From assembly GCA_018985225.1 (NCBI GenBank), contig JADGIF010000385.1, positions 1 to 9,532 on the forward strand: a stretch of DNA of 9,532 nucleotides, in the 5' to 3' direction. Made by a program: the position numbers and the translations under genes. Origin of the DNA: Amoeboradix gromovi X-113. Its lineage: Eukaryota > Fungi > Sanchytriomycota. This document shows, in pieces, positions 1 through 6,255 of the stretch. The notes below the pieces were generated by a model that saw nothing but the letters and a program-made list of their open reading frames with translations, made no database searches and had not been told where the DNA came from. Every line of letters starts with the position of its first letter. Within the stretch, counting starts at the first letter, position 1.

Positions 1-546
1 CACTGAGGATATCTATTTCAAAATAGCTAGGCTGATTAGCACTTGAGCATATGTTGCAACATCTCAACCTACAACCGTTTTCGTGTTCTGTCTTGATGTT
101 TGTATTGTCGCTTTGTTCGCAAACAAGGCAGGCATTTGCATGTCTTTCTTTCGTCTGCTATCTTCACAGTCACAGTACCTGCCTTGTTATTCCTGATAAA
201 CATCTTATCTGATGACAAGAAGATCCTGGATTCTTAGTATGGTTTCTAGGTGTTCCTCCTACTTGAAGATGAGAACGTTTGCTAGAATGAGTCTCATACA
301 GTTACTGTGCTGCAGTCGCGGATCAAATGTAAATGCAAGTTACAATTTCTTCGTTGAAAAATTTAGTGGGCATGGCGAAAGACCCAAGTAGCAAAAAGGA
401 GGAAATTTTTACAATGAGTTGCCTTTTGGAGCTTATGAAATAATATGAATCATTTTAATTTAAGTGTGATTTGATATCTCGGCCCCATATTCGCCTAACC
501 AATAACAATACGTCTTTTAATTTTACAGCGTAGCCAATATTGCCCC

Positions 547-2240
547 ATGTTGCGACGAAGTATAGCATTGATGCAAAAGCGAACCTTGTCTTCAATTCAT
601 TCTGCTGACGTCGATGATGTTGATTTTATTCAACAAATTGCAGACTCGCTACATAAAGAAGCCGGTATTGACTACAGCAAATATATCAAGAGAAACGCTA
701 CCCCTTCAGTGTTGTATGAGGATGCTTTGAAATACGAATCTGCTGCTATTAGTAGTTCAGGAGCTTTGATTAACAGCAGTGGCGCTAAAACTGGAAGATC
801 TCCAAAAGACAAGCGAATTGTTGATAACGTCGATAATGTATGGTGGGGTGGAAATAGTCCAAATATTCCATTAACAGAAGATACTTTTATGATTAATCGC
901 GAGAGGGCTATTGACTACTTGAACACAAAAGAGAGATTATACGTGTTTGATGGGTTTGCAGGCTGGGATCTCAAACATAGATTGAAGATCAGAATAGTAT
1001 GCAGCCGTGCTTATCATGCGTTGTTTATGCATAACATGCTAATTAGACCAACCCCTGAAGAATTGGAAAACTTCGGACATCCTGACTTCACAGTATTTAA
1101 TGCGGGTCAATTTCCGGCTAACAGATACACCAAAGGTATGAGTAGTACGACAAGTGTTAGTGTTGATTTCAAACGTGGTGAAATGGTTATTTTAGGTACT
1201 CAATACGCTGGAGAGATGAAAAAGGGAGTTTTTACTGTAATGCATTACCTAATGCCAAAAGTATTTGTATTTTAACATAGGCTGGAGTTTTGTCATTGCA
1301 TTCAAGTGCCAATGAAGGACCTGATAAGGATGTCTCTTTATTTTTCGGATTATCCGGTACTGGCAAAACCACTTTATCTGCTGACCCACATCGCAGTTTG
1401 ATTGGTGATGATGAGCATGTTTGGACTGACACTGGAGTATTTAATATCGAGGGCGGATGTTATGCCAAATGTGTAGGATTGAGTGGGGAAAAGGAACCTG
1501 AAATATTTAATGCTATCAAGTTTGGAAGTGTTTTGGAGAATGTCGTGTATGATCCTAAGACTAGACAAGTAGACTATGAATCAACTGAACTAACTGAAAA
1601 CACCAGATGCGCTTATCCGATTGAATACATTCCAGGTGCTAAGATCCCTTGTATTGCAGGTCATCCAAAAAACATCATTTTATTGACATGTGATGCATTT
1701 GGAGTTTTACCGCCTGTAAGTAAACTTACAAGCGCGCAGGCGATGTATCATTTTATTAGTGGATACACTGCCAAGATTGCTGGAACTGAAGAAGGTGTAA
1801 CTGAACCTACGGCAACATTCAGCGCGTGTTTTGGGCAGCCGTTCTTAGTATGGCATCCAACGAAGTATGCAACTATGTTGGCTGATCAGATGCACAAACA
1901 TGAGGCAAATGCGTGGTTGATTAACACTGGTTGGAACGGTGGCAAGTATGGTGTTGGAAAGAGAATTTCTTTAAAGTATTCAAGAGCTATTATTGATTCT
2001 ATTCACAATGGAACATTGGAAAAGGAGGAGTACGAGGAATATCCAATTTTCAACTTGCATATTCCTAAGAAATGCGCTGGTGTGCCTGCCAATGTATTGA
2101 ATCCAATCAAGGCATGGAGTGGACCTCAAGAGGAGTATCAAAAGACTGTTAAGAAATTATCGGACTTGTTTATCAAGAATTTTGATTTATACAAAGATCA
2201 AGCAGATAAAGAAACTATCGCTGCCGGCCCAAAATACTAG
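547..2240 (+). CDS. PCK1: ATP-dependent phosphoenolpyruvate carboxykinase; join(547..1260,1281..2240), 557 aa
   Basis: ATP-PEPCK motifs: [32 protein letters not shown]-loop [47 protein letters not shown]-like, C-terminal AAGP. Removing the 20-nt GT..AG segment 1261-1280 joins the two ORF-track pieces into YLMPK|[11 protein letters not shown], the ungapped family register. Confidence 0.96.
1261..1280 (+). other. 20-nt spliceosomal intron (GTATTTGTATTTTAACATAG), phase 0
   Basis: GT-AG ends; contains an in-frame TAA (1273-1275); removal restores frame and conserved protein; last 8 nt are identical to the BCKDHA intron. Confidence 0.9.
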
Positions 2241-2244
2241 CTAC

Positions 2245-2250
2245 AGTAAA
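2245..2250 (+). terminator. putative poly(A) signal AGTAAA(T) of PCK1
   Basis: Starts 4 nt after the TAG; the same ARTAAAY motif occurs at all six gene ends. Confidence 0.5.
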
Positions 2251-2803
2251 TGACAATTTCTTATTACAGTTTATTGAAGAACCCAAGTTGAGTGGACTTA
2301 GCCGAGTAGACATGTCCCATATGATATCAGTTTGGCTTTAGAAAAAATAATTGTTGCTACTAATCGCTCTCCTTGGCCAGTAGAATAATGTAGTTACCAA
2401 CTTGAAAGCGTTATTTTAAATTCGCTACAGACATCTTTTTTTTTGAAAATAACTGCTTTATTCTTGGAAATTTTAAATATTTCCACTTTTCCGTAAAGCA
2501 TGTCCCGTCTGTAACATGTGCATCGCTTTCATACTGCTAGACCGTTTGCTAGTGCAGCATCGTCTAATACAGCTGATGATCATTGGTTATCCAACTTAAT
2601 GCAATACAGCCAATTGTAACCAATAGTTTCAATGAGGACTTAACCGGAGAAGCAATCCATAGTAGTCCAAATTAGTTGGCAGCCCAAAAGATAGATGAGA
2701 GATGAAATTTTTAGAAACGGAAGAGACGCTGTACTCTTGGGCGTATCTAAATTCCATAGTTTGGAATTTTCACATCAGATGTAGGCATTTCCTTGAAACT
2801 GTT

Positions 2804-3910
2804 ATGAAGGAGACCAAAACCGTAAAAGTCCATTCATTTTTTTCCAAAGAAAAATACAAAATTGCTATGAAATGGAAAAATTTTGAATCCTGTCACTTTA
2901 TAAAATATAAGGAGCCTAGTGGTAACTATTTAGCTTTGTTTGATTTAGACAACACCATCATAAGTACAAAGAGCGGTAAAGGATGGAGTGCCAATATTGA
3001 TGACTGGAAGCTGAAACCAAATGTAGAAGCTAAGCTATCCCAAGTAGTCAATGATGGCGGGTTTGTGTGCATAGTCACGAACCAGTTGGATACAAAGAAC
3101 AACACAAGCGCAAAGCTACATGCTAAAATCGGAAATGTAATAAAAAGACTGGACATTCCGCTCTACGTATTCATGTCAACTAAAAGAGACTACTATAGAA
3201 AACCTTGTCCTGGAATGTTTGACTTGTTACTGCGTGAGCTAAGCCAGCAATTTGATCTTGCATCATCCTATTTTGTCGGTGATGCTGCTGGTCGGCCCAG
3301 CGACCATGCTGACACAGACCTTAAATGGGCAATGAATGTTGGTTTAAAGTTTTTGGTTCCAGAAGTATTCTTTGACGATCAGGAGTCTTTACCTTTTACT
3401 ATCTCATATAGACCTTCCGAAATGTTTACTCACACGGAGCTGATTAAAGCAAGTAGCTCGCGTGAACTGGTAATTCTAATTGGGATGCCTGCATCTGGCA
3501 AAACGTTCATTAGTAAATCGGTATTTGCAGAATACGTACATGTTAATCAGGATGTTTTGAAAACTAAAGATAACTGTGTGCTGGCTTGTAAAAGTGCATT
3601 GTCTGAAGGCAAATCTGTTATTATCGACAACACCAATCCCACAATCGAGTGTAGAAATGAATATATAAAAATGGCAGCTGCAGCTGGTGTAAAATGTAGA
3701 ATTATTTGGTTGAAGTTTCCTAAGGAATGGTGTTTGCACTTGGATATGTATCGGTCTTTAACAGAGAAGCGAGCGCTTTTGCCCAAAATGGCATTTATTA
3801 GTTTTGGATCTAGTTTACAAAAACCAAGCAATGATGAGTGTCATGTTGATGTTGTTGAACAGATATACTGTAAGCTACCAAATGACAAGCTAATGAAGCA
3901 TCTCGTATAA
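2804..3910 (+). CDS. PNKP: bifunctional polynucleotide 3'-phosphatase/5'-kinase (Pnk1/PNKP-like), about 368 aa; start uncertain (ATGs at 2702, 2804, 2867)
   Basis: HAD phosphatase motifs FDLDNT, TKSG, TNQ, RKPxPGM, FVGDAAGR, DHADTD, then kinase P-loop GMPASGKT, NQD, DNTNP. No FHA domain, which is the fungal architecture. 2804 was chosen because the first 34 codons look unconserved and KVHSFFSK resembles N-terminal segments of fungal Pnk1 (from memory). Confidence 0.92.
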   Translation: MKETKTVKVHSFFSKEKYKIAMKWKNFESCHFIKYKEPSGNYLALFDLDNTIISTKSGKGWSANIDDWKLKPNVEAKLSQVVNDGGFVCIVTNQLDTKNNTSAKLHAKIGNVIKRLDIPLYVFMSTKRDYYRKPCPGMFDLLLRELSQQFDLASSYFVGDAAGRPSDHADTDLKWAMNVGLKFLVPEVFFDDQESLPFTISYRPSEMFTHTELIKASSSRELVILIGMPASGKTFISKSVFAEYVHVNQDVLKTKDNCVLACKSALSEGKSVIIDNTNPTIECRNEYIKMAAAAGVKCRIIWLKFPKEWCLHLDMYRSLTEKRALLPKMAFISFGSSLQKPSNDECHVDVVEQIYCKLPNDKLMKHLV

Positions 3911-3914
3911 TACA

Positions 3915-3920
3915 AATAAA
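3915..3920 (+). terminator. putative poly(A) signal AATAAA(T) of PNKP
   Basis: Starts 4 nt after the TAA, inside the 35-bp spacer. Confidence 0.5.
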
Positions 3921-3945
3921 TTTATCAGATTTTTCAAAACAGCAA

Positions 3946-5161
3946 ATGTTTAAAAGATTTTTGTTTCCTGGCGCCATAAATAGCAAGATTACTCACGAAT
4001 TAAAGGCGTTGGAACATAAGAACATTATCCCGACCATTCAATTGCTTAATTCCGATGGCAAATTCAACACAACCAAATACCATGACATTCTTAAACCGGT
4101 ATTGAAAAAAGATGTTCTACTGGATGTTTATAAGCAAATGCTGACAATCAACATCATGGATACGATACTATACGATGCGCAAAGACAAGGTAGAATTTCA
4201 TTTTACATGACCTCATATGGTGAGGAGGCTGCTAATTGTGGGTCTGCTTTTGCATTAGCTAGCGAAGATGTTGTTTATGCGCAATATAGAGAACAGGGAG
4301 TGCTACTGCAACGTGGATTTACGTTAGATGAATTCATGAATCAGTGCTTTAGCAACTCGAAAGACTATGGAAAAGGAAGACAGATGCCGGTTCATTATGG
4401 ATCAAAGAGATTAAATTTCCATACTATCTCATCACCTTTGGGAACACAAATACCGCAGGCAGCAGGTGCGGCTTATGCCTTAAAATTAGCAAACAAAAAA
4501 GCTATTTGCATCGCTTACTTTGGAGATGGGGCTGCAAGTGAAGGTGACTTCCACGCTGCTTTAAATATGGCCTCAACTAGAGACTGTCCAGCAATTTTTT
4601 TTTGTAGAAACAATGGATTCGCCATTTCTACTTCTACAAAGGATCAATACCGCGGTGATGGCATTGCAAGCAGAGGACTTGGATACGATATACCTACCTT
4701 TAGGGTGGACGGAAACGACTTCTTTTCGGTTTATGCGGTTACAAAAGCAGCGAGGATGATTTGCTTGGAACAAAATCGACCTGTAATAATATCTAACATA
4801 GGTGTTGATAGAAGCAATGACATACAGAGTAGGCCATCATTCTACTTCAGATGATTCTTCTGCTTATCGTAACTCTAGTGAGATTAAGTCTTGGGCCACT
4901 AATGAAAATCCAATTTCAAGAATGAGATTATACTTGGAAAGTCAAAATTATTGGGATGACGAGACGGAAAAACTAGCCAAGGAGTCTATTCGCAAATCTA
5001 TATTGCAAGCATTTCAATCTGCAGAGAATGTTGCAAAACCTGGACTAGAAGATATGTTTACTGATGTTTATGATAAAAAGACTCCACTAATTGAAAGACA
5101 GGAAAATGAGCTACACAGGCTATTGAAAGAATATCCAGAACACTATGTTAATAAACATTAA
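3946..5161 (+). CDS. BCKDHA: branched-chain 2-oxoacid dehydrogenase E1 alpha subunit; join(3946..4782,4802..5161), 398 aa
   Basis: QRQGRISFYMTSYGEEA, QYREQG, GKGRQMPVHYGS, SSPLGTQIPQA, TPP motif GDGAASEGDFHAALN...NNGFAIST, phosphorylation loop TYRVGHHSTSDDSSAYR. Removing 4783-4801 gives NRP|VLIEAMTYR, the conserved register. Confidence 0.96.
4783..4801 (+). other. 19-nt spliceosomal intron (GTAATAATATCTAACATAG), phase 0
   Basis: GT-AG ends, canonical CTAAC branch motif 1 nt before TAG, removal repairs the frameshift in a highly conserved region. Confidence 0.9.
5150..5155 (+). terminator. putative poly(A) signal AATAAA(C) inside the last codons of BCKDHA
   Basis: Encodes Asn-Lys, ending one codon (His) before the TAA at 5159-5161. 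Confidence 0.4.
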
Positions 5162-5229
5162 CTGTATCAAACTGAGAACAGAAAATTCCTTTTGTGTATC
5201 TAAACATTTATTTCTTTCAGATTGCTATC

Positions 5230-5505
5230 GGGACACCAAATATAAGACTAGACAAGTCGTTTTTAAAAGAGGTGCTCCATAAGCAGGAAATACTATTATT
5301 AATAAAAGTCCTTCTTCTTTCATTAATGCCATTCCTCTATTTAAAATATAACAAGATAACACACTATCTCTTTCAAATAAGGTCTTTCAGTGTCTAAGCA
5401 AAAGGTGCAATCCGGTTAATTTGATTTACTACTGGTTAATACACACTTGGTATAGTGATTCAAACTATTTCAGAAAGTTAGTCTAATTTTTATATTTGAT
5501 GTCCA
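5230..5505. mobile_element. MITE-like non-autonomous element, ~275 bp, with ~29-bp imperfect terminal inverted repeats
   Basis: Left end GGACACCAAATATAAGACTAGACAAGT (5231-5257); right end AGTTAGTCTAATTTTTATATTTGATGTCC (5476-5504). The first 79 bp recur at 9454-9531. No credible ORF and no clean target-site duplication. Confidence 0.72.
5476..5504 (-). repeat. right terminal inverted repeat of the MITE-like element
   Basis: Reverse complement GGACATCAAATATAAAAATTAGACTAACT matches 9455-9483 at 27/29 and 5231-5257 at 23/29 columns (manual alignment). Confidence 0.85.
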
Positions 5506-5538
5506 GATTGTTGAGGGATCTATTCGAAACACAACATT

Positions 5539-6156
5539 ATGAAAAGAAATTCCCCTGGAACTCTATCGAAGGACTTCAACAATTTTGAATGGCAAGATCT
5601 GGACACAATGGATTCCTTGTTTAACATATGGCAATATATCCAGCAAATTAATTCAAAGGACGTACAAAAGAATAGGTTTGTAACTCCAGCTAATCAAGAT
5701 CCGCTAGTCTGGATATTTGAGTACCTAAGATACTTTTGTACTCAGCTTAACTTTCTTATTCCTTCTATTGAGGTCTGTGCTTGCCCTGACATGGTTGCTG
5801 GAGAATGGAAATTTCTATGCTCTGCCCATACCAATCCAGTAGAATGTTCGGCATTGAATTATATCATTCATACTCTTGATGGCACTACTGCCCTTTTGAA
5901 TTCACCTAAAGTATTTCCTAGCAGGATTGCAATCGATAAAGAAGCTGCAACATATTTTCAAAATGTTTCCAGAAGACTATACCGCATATTCGCTCATGTT
6001 TATTTTCATCATAAGGATGTTTGGAAGTCTTTTGAAAAAATTCATGATGATTTCGTAGAGTTTTGCGAACAGCATGAACTAGTGGGCAAAGATTCTTTGA
6101 TAGTACCATATCATGAAACCAAGCCTACTATTATCACAATGGAAAGATCTCAGTAA
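5539..6156 (+). CDS. MOB4: MOB4/phocein (STRIPAK Mob3-type) MOB kinase activator-like protein, 205 aa
   Basis: Phocein-specific blocks: RNxPGT, MDS...QYIQQ, VWxxExLRxFC, MxAxEWxFLCxAH..PxEC.A..Y..HTLDG...LLNS.K.FPSR, RRLYRIFAHxYFHH, LIVP. Confidence 0.93.
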   Translation: MKRNSPGTLSKDFNNFEWQDLDTMDSLFNIWQYIQQINSKDVQKNRFVTPANQDPLVWIFEYLRYFCTQLNFLIPSIEVCACPDMVAGEWKFLCSAHTNPVECSALNYIIHTLDGTTALLNSPKVFPSRIAIDKEAATYFQNVSRRLYRIFAHVYFHHKDVWKSFEKIHDDFVEFCEQHELVGKDSLIVPYHETKPTIITMERSQ

Positions 6157-6157
6157 A
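6152..6157 (+). terminator. putative poly(A) signal AGTAAA(T) containing the MOB4 stop codon
   Basis: cAG-TAA-AT; the stop at 6154-6156 lies inside the motif. Confidence 0.45.
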
Positions 6158-6249
6158 TTTTCTATTTTGACAGTAACTACATACAGCTCCTTTCTTTACG
6201 TATTTTTAAACTTAAAGGTTGGGCAACGGAATAATTTGGTAGCTATATA

Positions 6250-6255
6250 TTTACT
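6250..6255 (-). terminator. putative poly(A) signal AGTAAA(T) overlapping the UBP8 stop codon
   Basis: Minus strand reads TAA-GTAAAT; the last A of the stop is the first base of the motif. Confidence 0.45.

Noticed and set aside
512-528. GTCTTTTAATTTTACAG (17 nt) or the upstream CTAAC...CAG as a PCK1 5' UTR intron
   Set aside because: Lacks the GTA donor and the -6 branch A of the supported introns, and cannot be tested by protein homology.
2238-2249. TAG-CTA readthrough context after PCK1, suggesting a cryptic peroxisomal isoform
   Set aside because: Readthrough adds only X-Leu-Gln before TAA, which is not a PTS1, and the well-established motif is TGA-CTA.
547-5161. PCK1 and BCKDHA as frameshifted pseudogenes, sequencing errors or programmed frameshifts
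   Set aside because: Each break is a 19-20 nt insertion with GT-AG ends and the same terminal 8-mer, and all catalytic motifs are intact.
5143-5162. Minus-strand GTTAATGTTTATTAACATAG, a 20-nt match to the tiny-intron 3' consensus
   Set aside because: Antisense to the BCKDHA C-terminal codons, donor is GTT not GTA, and there is no host ORF; a chance match is plausible in AT-rich DNA.
5194-5397. 67-aa ORF here and the short ORFs at 9189-9449 and 9282-9476
   Set aside because: No recognisable motifs; two of them overlap the repeat, whose copies differ by single-base indels.
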